This document shows positions 29,377 to 39,220 of a DNA stretch of 64,000 nucleotides, piece after piece; the first letter of the stretch is position 1, and each line of letters begins with the position of its first letter. Where the stretch lies: the NCBI RefSeq assembly GCF_004522215.1, contig NZ_SDLR01000005.1, forward strand, positions 29,086-93,085. The letters run 5' to 3'. A model generated the notes under the pieces. It was not told the DNA's origin and ran no database searches. It worked only from the letters and a program-made list of their open reading frames with translations. Source of the stretch: Ammoniphilus sp. YIM 78166 (lineage in GTDB: Bacteria; Bacillota; Bacilli; Aneurinibacillales; RAOX-1). The position numbers were made by a program, and so were the translations under genes.

Positions 29377-29505
29377 CAATATAACTACTGAGCCGGACAT
29401 AATCCTTTCATAAACGTTTAAAAGAATTTACTCCATTTGGACATAGTGTGGTTACATTTTCTGGATATATTGATAATGCAAATGAAAACACGTGTTGAAG
29501 GGAGA

Positions 29506-29859
29506 ATGAAAATGAAAAGAAGGATAATCGTTATTCCGATGTCAGCTCTGTTGATTCTAGGGGGGCTTGTTGCTTGCTCTTCCGGAGAAGAAGGGACAGA
29601 GCCAGTGCTTCCCTCCTCGACCCAGCAGCAAGGAGTAGACATGGCTCCTCCTCCGGTGGAAGGGGAAGCTGGAGATGGAATGGATAACGGAACAACTGAT
29701 CCTTCGATGGGCGGTTCAGACGAATCGGCTCCAGACTCCACGATGAGTCATGACGCGGAAACCGATGGCAGTGAAGCTGTTACAGGTGGTGAGCAAGAAA
29801 CGATCAATCCATCCGAACAAACCGAAGGAACCGATCCTTCTGGTACGACAGGGCCATAA
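29506..29859 (+). CDS. lipoprotein with acidic low-complexity (Gly/Glu/Asp/Thr/Ser-rich) region
   Basis: start chosen at MKMKRR (RBS GAAGGGAGA upstream); lipobox LVAC; remainder compositionally biased. Confidence 0.55.
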   Translation: MKMKRRIIVIPMSALLILGGLVACSSGEEGTEPVLPSSTQQQGVDMAPPPVEGEAGDGMDNGTTDPSMGGSDESAPDSTMSHDAETDGSEAVTGGEQETINPSEQTEGTDPSGTTGP

Positions 29860-29983
29860 CCATTAAATACCTACCTAACCTCCAAGACATACAAACCCAT
29901 CATGGTACCACCGTGGTGGGTTTTCCATTCATAACGTCCATTTCTTTTGTATGAAAAAATATTTTCCAAGGAGGAATTAAACC

Positions 29984-30181
29984 ATGTTGTTATTTGATAT
30001 CCATCAATTTAATTATAAAGTGGGTTCGATAGATGATATTAAATGGTTGATTAACAAAAAGGAAACGATCAAAAACGAATTGATGGGAGATGTTAGCTGG
30101 GAAGTGCGGATGATTTTATATAAGCAGGTTCATTTGATCAATAAAAGAATTAATGAATTGAAACAAATAGCTATTTCTTAA
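29984..30181 (+). CDS. small hypothetical protein (65 aa)
   Basis: good RBS AAGGAGGAAT 6 nt upstream of ATG; no known family. Confidence 0.4.
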   Translation: MLLFDIHQFNYKVGSIDDIKWLINKKETIKNELMGDVSWEVRMILYKQVHLINKRINELKQIAIS

Positions 30182-30220
30182 GAGATCTGCGGAAACTTCC
30201 GATCCGATGAGGTTAACACA

Positions 30221-31357
30221 ATGAAATCACGTATCCTACAATTGAGTATCCTCCGTGCTTTTGCGGCCCTGTCCATTATCACGATCCATGTCACTTCCGG
30301 CCAGGTTTTAACCAACGGCTTTGCTTTTATCCTCAACCAGGTGTTTCGTTTTGGCTCCCCGATCTTTGTTATGATTTCTGGGTTCATTCTATACTATTTA
30401 GAAAAAAGAAAGCCGTCGCCGAGTTATTTCTATTTCTTTAAGCACCGCTTTAGCAAAGTTGCCGTCCCCTATCTTCTGTGGACTCTCATCTATTCAATCT
30501 TTGATCATCGCCAGGATTGGCTAACGAATGGGGCGCTGGGCGCTTTCATCGAGGTCACCCCAAACATTGGGCTGCACTTGCTGACCGGAACTGGCTACGT
30601 CCATCTTTATTTTGTATTAATCATGATTCAATTGTATGCGGTGTTTCCCTTTTTTTATCGATGGATCACTTGGTATCCGAAGAGACTCCTGATCGCCTCG
30701 TTTTTCATTCAGGCTGCAGCGGCCCATGCCATTTATTTTCACCAGATAGGGTGGTTCACGCTTCCTTCGATCAAAATTGCCTATACGACACTAGCCCTGA
30801 ATTGGATTTTTTACTTTGTGTTTGGTTTATATGTGGCGCAAAACTATCAGAAGATGATAGACATGAATAAAAAGAATCGGCTGATCCTCTGCTTATCCCT
30901 TGTATGGGTCGGAGCTTTGGCTCTCCATCTTGTTGACGGGTATGTGACTGAAACCTATGCCCATTCTGTCAAACCCAGTACGATGTTCTATTCCGTGGCC
31001 AGCTTCCTTCTCTTCTTCACATTGCTCCATGTTCTTGATGGGGAGCGGCGGGCCCGATGGGAGTTGGCCATCACGCGAGGCATCGAACAGATTGCAGGCC
31101 AATCCTTCCTTCTTTATCTTTTGCATCCGTTGTGCCTAAGTCTTCTTGTCCTTTTCGACCAGCAAATCAATGCGGCTTCCCTTTGGTTAGGAACGTCCGG
31201 AATCCTCTATCTCTGGACGGCTACACTGCTGTCTAGCTCATTAGGGATCTATTTGATCAACCGGGTACCGAAGGCGAGTTGGCTGGGAGGAACAAAACCT
31301 AACCATAAACCTCTGAAATCACTGGCATCCACAACGATTGAACCACGGCGTGCTTAA
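30221..31357 (+). CDS. acyltransferase family 3 (OatA-like) integral membrane protein
   Basis: 378 aa, ~10 TM segments, N-terminal ILRAFAALSIITIHV pattern typical of Acyl_transf_3. Confidence 0.8.
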   Translation: MKSRILQLSILRAFAALSIITIHVTSGQVLTNGFAFILNQVFRFGSPIFVMISGFILYYLEKRKPSPSYFYFFKHRFSKVAVPYLLWTLIYSIFDHRQDWLTNGALGAFIEVTPNIGLHLLTGTGYVHLYFVLIMIQLYAVFPFFYRWITWYPKRLLIASFFIQAAAAHAIYFHQIGWFTLPSIKIAYTTLALNWIFYFVFGLYVAQNYQKMIDMNKKNRLILCLSLVWVGALALHLVDGYVTETYAHSVKPSTMFYSVASFLLFFTLLHVLDGERRARWELAITRGIEQIAGQSFLLYLLHPLCLSLLVLFDQQINAASLWLGTSGILYLWTATLLSSSLGIYLINRVPKASWLGGTKPNHKPLKSLASTTIEPRRA

Positions 31358-31444
31358 TTCAGTTGCCCAAAAACCCACCATGGCTTTTCATGGTGGGTTT
31401 AGTTTTCCTAATGACCCTGGCGGAACACCTTTTGCAGCCGTCTT

Positions 31445-32572
31445 TTACCCTGCTCTCTTCTCTCCTAGCAGAGAGTTCAGTCTCTCTAGCAAATCGCCGC
31501 CGCCCGAGAGTGAGATCGAGCCGATTTTTTCACATATTTTCTCGAGAAACTCAAGCTCTTTTAATCGAAACAACGTCTGGTTCTCGTCCATCAGCTTTGC
31601 CGTATTGAGCAGGCTCCGGGTTGAAGCCGTTTCCTCCCGACGGGTGATCAGGTTCGCCTGCGCCTTTTTCTCCGCGAACAGCACCGTATTCAGAATTTCC
31701 TTCATATCTCCCGGCAGAATAACATCTTTAATGCCCGCACCTATGAACTGTACCCCGTACTCCTCACCCTTCTCAAGCAATCGAGACAAAACAAACGAAG
31801 CAATTTCCTGCTTTCGTTTCAGCAGCTCGTCAAGCTTGAGAGCCCCGATGTATTCCCTCAGGATGAGCTGCAGCTGGATATGGATTTGCTCATCGAACGA
31901 CTTTATTTCTAATGCGCGCAACGGTTGCATGATTTTATACTGGCATACAAAGTTCAGCCGCAGCGTAACTTTGTCGTCGGTCATCATTTCTTGACCTAGA
32001 AGCTCCATCTGTTGCTGACGCAAGTCAATGGTTTTCACCGACACCGAAGTCGGTCCTTTCCAGAAGTAATACTTTCCCGGAGCGAGCTCCCGTTGCATCA
32101 CGTGGTTATAATACAAAACCCCGGATTCAAAGCTTTCGATTTCAAAAGATTGGACGTGTGCTGTAAGCTTCTGCAGAATGGAACGATCCACCTCAGCCGG
32201 CAATTCAGGTTGTCTGATGTCCACACGTAAATAGGTGTGCTTCTTTAGTACGTTCCAGAAGGCGTAGATACCCGCTTTAAGCAGTTGCACGAACTTCCCG
32301 TCCTCGTAATGCAGGACGTATTCATGGTCTTGGATCCGGACAATATCGAGTTGCTTCAACAATTCATCATCATGGAGGAACAGCTGTAAGTCCTTACCTT
32401 CTACTTCAAAAGGCTTCGCAATATTTAACACAATTACCGTATCTTGTGACCACAGCATGAATCGATACGTTCCAGGAATCAACATTTTCACATAACTGCC
32501 TTTATGAAAGAGCAAACCGCGCTCGTCAGCTCGAATCGTTACTTTTCGAAACATCATCTTAGCCCCCCTCAT
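31445..32572 (-). CDS. SPFH/band-7 domain protein
   Basis: 375 aa; C-terminal half matches SPFH core (flotillin/HflK-like coiled region AEKKAQANLITRREETASTRSLLNTAKLM). Confidence 0.65.
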   Translation of the reverse strand: MRGAKMMFRKVTIRADERGLLFHKGSYVKMLIPGTYRFMLWSQDTVIVLNIAKPFEVEGKDLQLFLHDDELLKQLDIVRIQDHEYVLHYEDGKFVQLLKAGIYAFWNVLKKHTYLRVDIRQPELPAEVDRSILQKLTAHVQSFEIESFESGVLYYNHVMQRELAPGKYYFWKGPTSVSVKTIDLRQQQMELLGQEMMTDDKVTLRLNFVCQYKIMQPLRALEIKSFDEQIHIQLQLILREYIGALKLDELLKRKQEIASFVLSRLLEKGEEYGVQFIGAGIKDVILPGDMKEILNTVLFAEKKAQANLITRREETASTRSLLNTAKLMDENQTLFRLKELEFLEKICEKIGSISLSGGGDLLERLNSLLGEKRAG

Positions 32573-32579
32573 TTCATAG

Positions 32580-33050
32580 AACCTTAGGTTTGGAATCCCG
32601 CTGCGATTCCGGCGGAATCTCGTTTAAGAACGGAGTGTCGTGCGATTTCTCCTGCTTTAATGTCCAAGAGGAGGATATGGCCGAACTGCAGCCACAATTC
32701 CATCTCTTCTCATCCAAGCGGGATTTACTAGAGACTCCGTTCGATATCCACGGATTGCAAAGCCTTACCGCAGTGCGCTTATCCTAGCCGCCAGGGATTC
32801 CATCCTTTGGCCTCTTCGTACTGATGTCCTCGATTAAAAGTCGAGTGTTCTACCAGAAATCGCGCCCTAGCGATTGGGGAATCGAACCCCTTCACGGATT
32901 CTTTCCGATCCGGCATGCACAGGATACCGTCGCATATGATGCGCGGCACTGTGGGACGTTACAGAAATCCCAGCCTCGTTACAGCCGTCCGAATAAGAAT
33001 CATAATCTATGATAAAACGTCAATCGACGTCTACCACCAACCCAAATAGA
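32580..33050 (-). ncRNA. candidate structured non-coding RNA / leader between rtcB and SPFH gene, containing tRNA-like T-arm
   Basis: ~470 bp without credible ORF; minus-strand GGGGTTCGATTCCCC (T-stem/loop mimic), adjacent hairpins cgcat-cat-atgcg, ccggat-cggaaaga-atccgg, aatcgc-tagggc-gcgatt, ggaatc-ccgctgc-gattcc. Confidence 0.3.
32896..32948. repeat. 53-bp repeat shared with 42176-42228
   Basis: ggattctttccgatccggcatgcacaggatacc[g/t]tcgcata[t/c]gatgcgcggca; variable positions lie in a hairpin loop. Confidence 0.7.
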
Positions 33051-33057
33051 AAGGGTG

Positions 33058-34578
33058 TTATACTCCTTTGATTGCGGCCATCGGTTTGCATTTGGCTATC
33101 ACATCCGCCAAGGAGGCGCCTACAATACTGTCAATGATGAGATCCACATCTTTGTAAGCCTGCGGACATTCATCCAAGATCGTCTTCAGCGAGCGATGAT
33201 TGACCAAGATCTCCTCGTCGGTTCCGACCTTCATTGATGCTTCAAACTGATCGACGGTAACCAGTTCCTTCGTTGCTTTCCGGGAACGAGCCCGACCCGC
33301 GCCATGACAGATGGAGTAGAAATTTTTCTCACCCTCCGCCCGTCCTCGCATGATATAGGATGAGGTCCCCATCGATCCCGGGATCAGTGCCGGATGTCCG
33401 CTCTCTTTGTAAACCGCCGCGTTTAAGAAGTGCCCAGGCGAAAGCGCCCGCGTCGCGCCCTTCCGGTGAACAAGCATGGGTTCGTTCCGGTGAAACTCCT
33501 TCAGAGCGTAGTTGTGCATGAGATCGTATAGGACGGGCAGCTCCGTCTCTCCACCGAACACATCACGGAAGCCTTGCTGCACCCCGAAAGCAATCATGTG
33601 CCGGTTGCTGACCGCAAAGTTGAGAGCCGAGTACATTAAATGAAGATACGTCTGCCCGACATCACTACCGATCGGGGCGTACAACAGGTTGCGATCCGGA
33701 TTGGTAACACCCCAGCTGTACATCGCTTCGCGGAATATCTTCGTATACGTTTGACCGAGCTTCGCCCCCCACGCCCGGGAACCGGAGTGAATCATGACGA
33801 CGACTTGCCCGTCAAATAATCCCCAGGACGCCGCAACGTCTTTCGCTTCTTCCTCGATCTCTAAATACTGGATTTCAATAAAATGGTTCCCGCCGCCAAG
33901 CGTGCCTAGTTGACCGTGTGCATACTTGCGAATATTTTCTGGCAGCTTCTCGAGGTAGCCGTGGCTGAACGTGAACGTGGATTCTTCCACGTGCGTAAGC
34001 CAGCGCTCATTCGGGACGTAACGCTCCGGCAATCCCTTCAAGCCGCTTCGTACCACGTCCATGATGTCGATGTCCTCATAATGCGTGTTCGTCCGCTCGT
34101 TCGTGGGAACGTATTTTTCAATGGCTTGGATCAATTGCCGCCTTACACCTTTATCCTGTAGATCCCGTTTATGAAGCTGCGTCGTATGCACCCGCATGCC
34201 GCAGCCAATGTCTACTCCTACGATCGACGGCGAGACAAAGCCGTCCTTCATGTTCCATACAGCGGTCGTGCCGATGCAGGTACCGATGCCGACATGTGCA
34301 TCCGGTGTGTAGCTCATATACTGATTGCGGGGGATCCGCAGATTATTGTCCGCCATCTCAAACACCTTGTCTTCAAAGCTTTCCTTGACCTCAGCATTCG
34401 CGAATACATGCAATGCGCCATGCTCAAGTTCTATCTCGTAATGGTTGTTCCCGTGTTTCTTTTCCAATCGTTTCATGTTTCGCTTGCCTCCGTTTCCTTG
34501 TGGCTTAGTTCTATCTTCGCTCATCCGGCAGTAAACGAACATGGTGAAAGTATTACGACCGAATGAAATGTTTCCCAT
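33058..34578 (-). CDS. rtcB: RtcB RNA 3'-phosphate/2',3'-cyclic phosphate ligase
   Basis: 506 aa; conserved metal-binding and GMP-His region ...SICHGAGRARSRK..., typical RtcB length. Confidence 0.9.
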   Translation of the reverse strand: MGNISFGRNTFTMFVYCRMSEDRTKPQGNGGKRNMKRLEKKHGNNHYEIELEHGALHVFANAEVKESFEDKVFEMADNNLRIPRNQYMSYTPDAHVGIGTCIGTTAVWNMKDGFVSPSIVGVDIGCGMRVHTTQLHKRDLQDKGVRRQLIQAIEKYVPTNERTNTHYEDIDIMDVVRSGLKGLPERYVPNERWLTHVEESTFTFSHGYLEKLPENIRKYAHGQLGTLGGGNHFIEIQYLEIEEEAKDVAASWGLFDGQVVVMIHSGSRAWGAKLGQTYTKIFREAMYSWGVTNPDRNLLYAPIGSDVGQTYLHLMYSALNFAVSNRHMIAFGVQQGFRDVFGGETELPVLYDLMHNYALKEFHRNEPMLVHRKGATRALSPGHFLNAAVYKESGHPALIPGSMGTSSYIMRGRAEGEKNFYSICHGAGRARSRKATKELVTVDQFEASMKVGTDEEILVNHRSLKTILDECPQAYKDVDLIIDSIVGASLADVIAKCKPMAAIKGV

Positions 34579-34641
34579 GTTCTAGGGCTCCATTCGTCTG
34601 ATAAAATATAAAGAAAGATATGATAAAGGCGAGGTTGTACG

Positions 34642-35967
34642 ATGGCCAAGGAAAGCTTTGATAAAGAAATACAGTTTCTGCGGATGCTCGTCTTAACGAG
34701 CGGGGCCTACAGCCGTCAACAATACGCGGAACGACTCGGTATCTCCGTGCATACCTTCGATAAGACGCTTCGGCGGCTGAAGGAGGTTATTGAAGCGGCT
34801 TACCAGTACATTGCGGACACGGAACGCAAACAGTTCGCAGACACTCTGCGGTTTAGTTACTACGATTCGACGGATCCGATTCTATTATTTCTGTACCGCG
34901 CGAAGTCGATGAAGGAATCGGAGAGTGTTCGGATTTCATTGTTGCTAGCGGCCATGAATGAACGCCCCCATACGGCTTTAGAATTGTTGGATGTATGCAG
35001 CGAACACCTCGATCCAGCGGCTGCACTGCCGGACGAGAAAACGATACGCTCCGATTTGAAATATTTGGAGCAAGTCGGCGTAATCCGGAAGGAGCCGGGA
35101 CCAAGGCCATACCGCTACCGGGTACATAACGATCTCGTACGCGATTTAACCAACGAGGAATTGTTGGAGCTTTACGACTTTGTGGACATTATGGCTAACA
35201 CGCAAGTCCCTTCCGTTATTGGTTATTTGCTTCGAGATGGACTGAAGAAACAGATTCAACGCCGAAACGATAAGGAGACGCTTGTCGAGCCTTTCTTATA
35301 TAAATATCATTACTACTCACGTATTTTGGACGAGGCGCATCTCTTCACCTTCTTGAAAGCCATTGAGGAGCGTCGGAAGATACGTTTTCTTTACTTTTCA
35401 CCGAAGACGAAGAAGGCTTACGCCTCCAAAAATACGAACCCTCTGTTTGCCCGCGAAATGGAAGGAAAAACAGCTCTCACGCTGCCGCTGAAGGTCATCT
35501 ATGATCATCAATACGGTCGTTGGTATTTAATTGGATTCGATGGACGATTTGGAATCCGCAAATACCGCGTCGAAGGAATCACACAGATTGAAGAAGACGA
35601 GGTCGTACCGGAGGAGTTCTTTGCACAAAAGGTTGCCGAGTTGGACCGAGCACTTGAGCACAGCTGGCTCATCGACACGGGAAATCCGGTTACCGTACGT
35701 GTCCGCTTCTTCCACCCTGAGCCGGGGAAAGCCAATTTTATAAAAGAGCGCGTACGGCTGCAAGGCCAATGGGGTTCTATTATCGAGGAAAATGAGGACT
35801 CGTTCGTATATGAGATCGTCGTGAACGGTACGACCGAAATTCGACCGTGGATCCGAAGCTTCGGCTCGAGCTGCGAGGTCCTTGAGCCTCGTGAATTCCG
35901 GAATGACATGATCGCAGAATGGAAGGGGATTTATTCCTATTATGAATCTGTTCGAGAAGATCTTTAA
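34642..35967 (+). CDS. WYL-domain transcriptional regulator (HTH-WYL-WCX; PafB-like)
   Basis: 441 aa; N-terminal HTH, WYL core KVIYDHQYGRWYLIGFDGRFGIRKYRVEGI, C-terminal WCX-like region; divergent from rtcB with 63-bp intergenic gap. Confidence 0.7.
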   Translation: MAKESFDKEIQFLRMLVLTSGAYSRQQYAERLGISVHTFDKTLRRLKEVIEAAYQYIADTERKQFADTLRFSYYDSTDPILLFLYRAKSMKESESVRISLLLAAMNERPHTALELLDVCSEHLDPAAALPDEKTIRSDLKYLEQVGVIRKEPGPRPYRYRVHNDLVRDLTNEELLELYDFVDIMANTQVPSVIGYLLRDGLKKQIQRRNDKETLVEPFLYKYHYYSRILDEAHLFTFLKAIEERRKIRFLYFSPKTKKAYASKNTNPLFAREMEGKTALTLPLKVIYDHQYGRWYLIGFDGRFGIRKYRVEGITQIEEDEVVPEEFFAQKVAELDRALEHSWLIDTGNPVTVRVRFFHPEPGKANFIKERVRLQGQWGSIIEENEDSFVYEIVVNGTTEIRPWIRSFGSSCEVLEPREFRNDMIAEWKGIYSYYESVREDL

Positions 35968-36751
35968 CTATCAAATCTTGTCGCGGCTAGAGGATTCGGG
36001 GACATCCACAACCACATCTCAAGAGAGAGCTTGGTTGAAGTCGATGATCGAACTCCCTGTCGCATCCGAGGCCCTTTCGCCTGCACTATATTCTAAGCTG
36101 GTAGCCGCTCTTGAAACAGAGGAAGTGGTTGATCTTTCGGCTGCTTTTATCGAGAAAGCCCGCAGCGCCGAAAAACAGCCTTTTCACCCGCATCTTCGAG
36201 CCTTGCGTCAGATCATCGCCAATCAAACAGGACTTCAGTTAACAACCAAATTAAAGGACGGGCGTGTAAAAGAGCGCGAGCCCGCTTTCCCATATAAGCT
36301 TGAGTATTCCATGGTAAAGCGGGAATGGTATTTACTTTGGTATCACCTTCATTATAAAGCACTTCTCTCCACGAGATTGAATCAAATCGATTCATTCGCA
36401 CTTCTCTCCCACCCCCTTCCGCCTGAGCGGATCGAACGGGTTCAAGCGCATATAAAAAATCTGCTGGAACAGCGGAAGCGAACGGCGACGATAGAGGTCG
36501 TGAGGCGGTATAACCGTGAATTATCCCGGATCTTATATGCCTTCTCCTGCTTCGAGAAGGAAGTGGAATATGATGACGCATCAGATCGATACCTCATTCG
36601 GATTACGTTTCAAGGCAACGAGGCCGAATATGTTTTATCCAAAGTTCGCTTTCTGGGGCAAAGGGTGAAGATTATCGAGGGTGAATACTTGCGAAGTCGC
36701 ATGCTGGAAAGCTCAACCAAAGCGCTTGCAAGGTATGGAGAAAACCAATAA
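35942..36751 (+). CDS. WYL-domain protein (PafC-like partner, no obvious N-terminal HTH)
   Basis: 269 aa; WYL-like motif YKLEYSMVKREWYLLWYHL...STRLNQIDS; overlaps upstream WYL gene by 26 nt (operon). Confidence 0.6.
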   Translation: MNLFEKIFNYQILSRLEDSGTSTTTSQERAWLKSMIELPVASEALSPALYSKLVAALETEEVVDLSAAFIEKARSAEKQPFHPHLRALRQIIANQTGLQLTTKLKDGRVKEREPAFPYKLEYSMVKREWYLLWYHLHYKALLSTRLNQIDSFALLSHPLPPERIERVQAHIKNLLEQRKRTATIEVVRRYNRELSRILYAFSCFEKEVEYDDASDRYLIRITFQGNEAEYVLSKVRFLGQRVKIIEGEYLRSRMLESSTKALARYGENQ

Positions 36752-36778
36752 GTTTTTTGTATCCTTTCCCTGCAATCC

Positions 36779-36814
36779 GGATGTCAAGGACGCAAGCTAC
36801 CGTCCTTGACATCC
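36779..36814. terminator. perfect 14-bp-arm inverted repeat between convergent operons (possible bidirectional terminator/regulatory hairpin)
   Basis: ggatgtcaaggacg-caagctac-cgtccttgacatcc; no adjacent U-tract so terminator function uncertain. Confidence 0.3.
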
Positions 36815-36972
36815 ACTTCATAAAAGGATCTAGCGTTACTATTTTTTTGTTCCCCTATTATTTCTACCAAGTAAAAGAACCCGTCATGAGTCTTTACTTA
36901 ACTTCCTGAGAGCGAAGATAGTGGTTAACCAAAAAAAGCAGCTTATAAAAAGATGCTTTTTTCCGTGGGAGA

Positions 36973-37662
36973 TTATTGATAGATTTTGGTCATCCATTCA
37001 ACGATCCCCATGTTTTGTTCACTGCGCAGCCATTCCACGTTATGATGTCCAATAATATGGCCGTCCTTGATCGCAATCACTTCATCAAGAATCGTTTCAA
37101 CTTCCTTGATTTCATGAGTTGTAATCAGCACAATTTGATTCTCAAGATCAATGAATTCAATTAATCCCTTTACAATGGAATCACGAACCATCGGATCGAG
37201 CCCGGAAAGAGGTTCATCCATTAAAATGACAGGGACTTCCCGTGCAAGGGTAAGTACCATTTTTAACCGTCCGCGGTTTCCTTTGGAAAGGTTTTTTAGC
37301 TTAGCGTTCGGATCCAATTTCATGAATGTGCGGATTTCTTCCGCTTTCTCTTTATTAAAATCCGGAAACTGTGATGCATAGAAATCAATCGTTTGACCGA
37401 CATTGTAAAATCCGTAGTATTCATCCGACTCCGATAAATAGGAAACTTGCTTGGCGATACGGCGATCGACTCTGACCCCGTTTACGGTAACACTCCCTTT
37501 AGATGGTTGAATGAGACCCGCTATTAATTTTAATGTCGTTGATTTTCCACTACCGTTTTCTCCGACGAGCCCAACGATTTTCCCCCTCGTCAGCTCAAGA
37601 TTAACATCATCGAGTGCAACCTTGGTCATAAATTTCTTGGTTACCTGATTAAGCTTGATCAT
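36973..37662 (-). CDS. ABC transporter ATP-binding protein
   Basis: Walker A GENGSGKST, signature LSKGNRGRL, Walker B ILMDEPLSGLD. Confidence 0.85.
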   Translation of the reverse strand: MIKLNQVTKKFMTKVALDDVNLELTRGKIVGLVGENGSGKSTTLKLIAGLIQPSKGSVTVNGVRVDRRIAKQVSYLSESDEYYGFYNVGQTIDFYASQFPDFNKEKAEEIRTFMKLDPNAKLKNLSKGNRGRLKMVLTLAREVPVILMDEPLSGLDPMVRDSIVKGLIEFIDLENQIVLITTHEIKEVETILDEVIAIKDGHIIGHHNVEWLRSEQNMGIVEWMTKIYQ

Positions 37663-38042
37663 GGTTTGGCATCCCCTTCATTGTGACGCAAAAATATTTG
37701 GAGTCCGTTTTCAATTTCTTGGTTTGAGAACCCCATGGCCTGCATGCCTTGGACAAATTGTGAGATTTTCTCCTGTTTAAGCCGTTCTCTCATTTGGTTT
37801 AATATGCCTGTATTTTCCGTGACAAACGTGCCTTGCCCTCGTCTCGTCTCTACCGTTCCAATTCCTTCTAATTCTCGGTAGGTTCGTTGTACCGTGTTTT
37901 GATTTACTTTCACCTGAATAGCCATCTCCCGTACGGATGGAAGTTTGTCACCTGGCTTCCTTTCACCGCGCAGAATCTGCTCGTTAATGCGTTCTGCCAG
38001 TTGAAGATAAATAGGGTGTGATGAATGAAATTCTGTCATTTC
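37659..38042 (-). CDS. GntR-family transcriptional regulator (YtrA-like, short)
   Basis: N-terminal wHTH LPSVREMAIQVKVNQNTVQRTYRELEGIGTVETRRGQGTFV; start set at internal Met (MTEFHSS) to remove 77-nt overlap. Confidence 0.75.
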   Translation of the reverse strand, partial: EMTEFHSSHPIYLQLAERINEQILRGERKPGDKLPSVREMAIQVKVNQNTVQRTYRELEGIGTVETRRGQGTFVTENTGILNQMRERLKQEKISQFVQGMQAMGFSNQEIENGLQIFLRHNEGDAKP

Positions 38043-38043
38043 T

Positions 38044-38841
38044 TTACACCTCAACTTTTCGGTCCAATATCCAACAAGCAGCGAAGAAGAGTAAAAGAAC
38101 CATTGCTCCTTCCATGACATAGGTACCCAAATAGAGGCTGAATGGTTCGGTATCCATCATCATTTCTGGGCTATATTCCAAGCGTTGAATAAAATTCATG
38201 GCTTCCATCATGCTCGTGGCTTCAAAGGCACCCCACATTGTAAGCCGTTCATATAGGGGAGACTCTAAAAGCCAGCTATATAATGTTCTTGTTGCAATGA
38301 CAATGATAAACGTGGATAGAATACTTAAAAATGTACCCAGTTTGCTAGCGATGATCCTATAGATTCCCCAGTAAAACAAAAACCAACTAGCCATGCTAAT
38401 GGCAACTAGGAAAAGCTGAATTGCGCTAAACAGTCCGAAATCTATTATGATTGACCAGGGTACTGGTTTGGGGATATTGACTGATAAATGTAATGCCAGA
38501 AGTAAGGTAATTCCAATGATCGCCTGCGTGATGAACATGGAAATAAGTCCAGCAACCACCTTCGATGATAATAGCGAGGAACCTGTCATGGGATTATGCA
38601 GCCATAAATGGAGTTTTTTTCTTTCCGATCGCAAGCTAAAAAACAGGTAATACACTAGGTAAAACGCTTGAAAACCCGAAATAAAAATAGATACACCGAG
38701 AACAGCTTCCCACTGGTACCCATACTGAGAGCCGATGTAATAAGCAACACTTGTAGTAAGAAGAAAGGCGATCAAAGGGAGTAGAAAGGCTAGCATTCCT
38801 AATCGCAGCTCTTTTTTGGTTAGACTTAACCATGCGGTCAT
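38044..38841 (-). CDS. ABC-2-type transporter permease
   Basis: 265 aa, 6 TM segments; upstream in the same operon as the GntR and ATPase genes. Confidence 0.6.
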   Translation of the reverse strand: MTAWLSLTKKELRLGMLAFLLPLIAFLLTTSVAYYIGSQYGYQWEAVLGVSIFISGFQAFYLVYYLFFSLRSERKKLHLWLHNPMTGSSLLSSKVVAGLISMFITQAIIGITLLLALHLSVNIPKPVPWSIIIDFGLFSAIQLFLVAISMASWFLFYWGIYRIIASKLGTFLSILSTFIIVIATRTLYSWLLESPLYERLTMWGAFEATSMMEAMNFIQRLEYSPEMMMDTEPFSLYLGTYVMEGAMVLLLFFAACWILDRKVEV

Positions 38842-39220
38842 TACGGAAAACCCCCTACTAAAAATTGTATGGGGTTAATAGTACACCAATACAGTAGATG
38901 CGCGCAATTGGAATAAGCTGGGACATTGGACTCGCTAACTTATTTTTAGGAGGTACAAGTATGTTCAACAAATTCCTCGGAAGTAAAAAATACACCCTTG
39001 ATGTTTTTTATGACTTACAACGGGACATGGAATAAAGGTTAATGAAATTGACTGTAGAGGTTCTAAGCTCTTGTTACGTGATGGTTTCAAATTATATTTG
39101 GTAGATCTGAAAATATATTAGATAAATTGTTGAAGTAGATTCTAGGAAGCAGGGAAAAACTATTTAGCTTTTCTCTGCTTCTTAATTATTCCCCACTTCA
39201 TCAGCAGGACAAATAACTTT

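Noticed and set aside
31338-31994. 218-aa + strand ORF overlapping the SPFH gene
   Set aside because: It is antisense to a 375-aa domain-bearing ORF, with Ser-rich low-complexity sequence.
32841-32960. Possible genuine tRNA gene because of the GGTTCGATTCC-like T-loop
   Set aside because: No acceptor stem partner can be found. The putative anticodon loop is 8 nt. The downstream acceptor-like strand pairs locally instead. It is treated as a tRNA-like motif within a larger ncRNA or leader, not as a tRNA gene.
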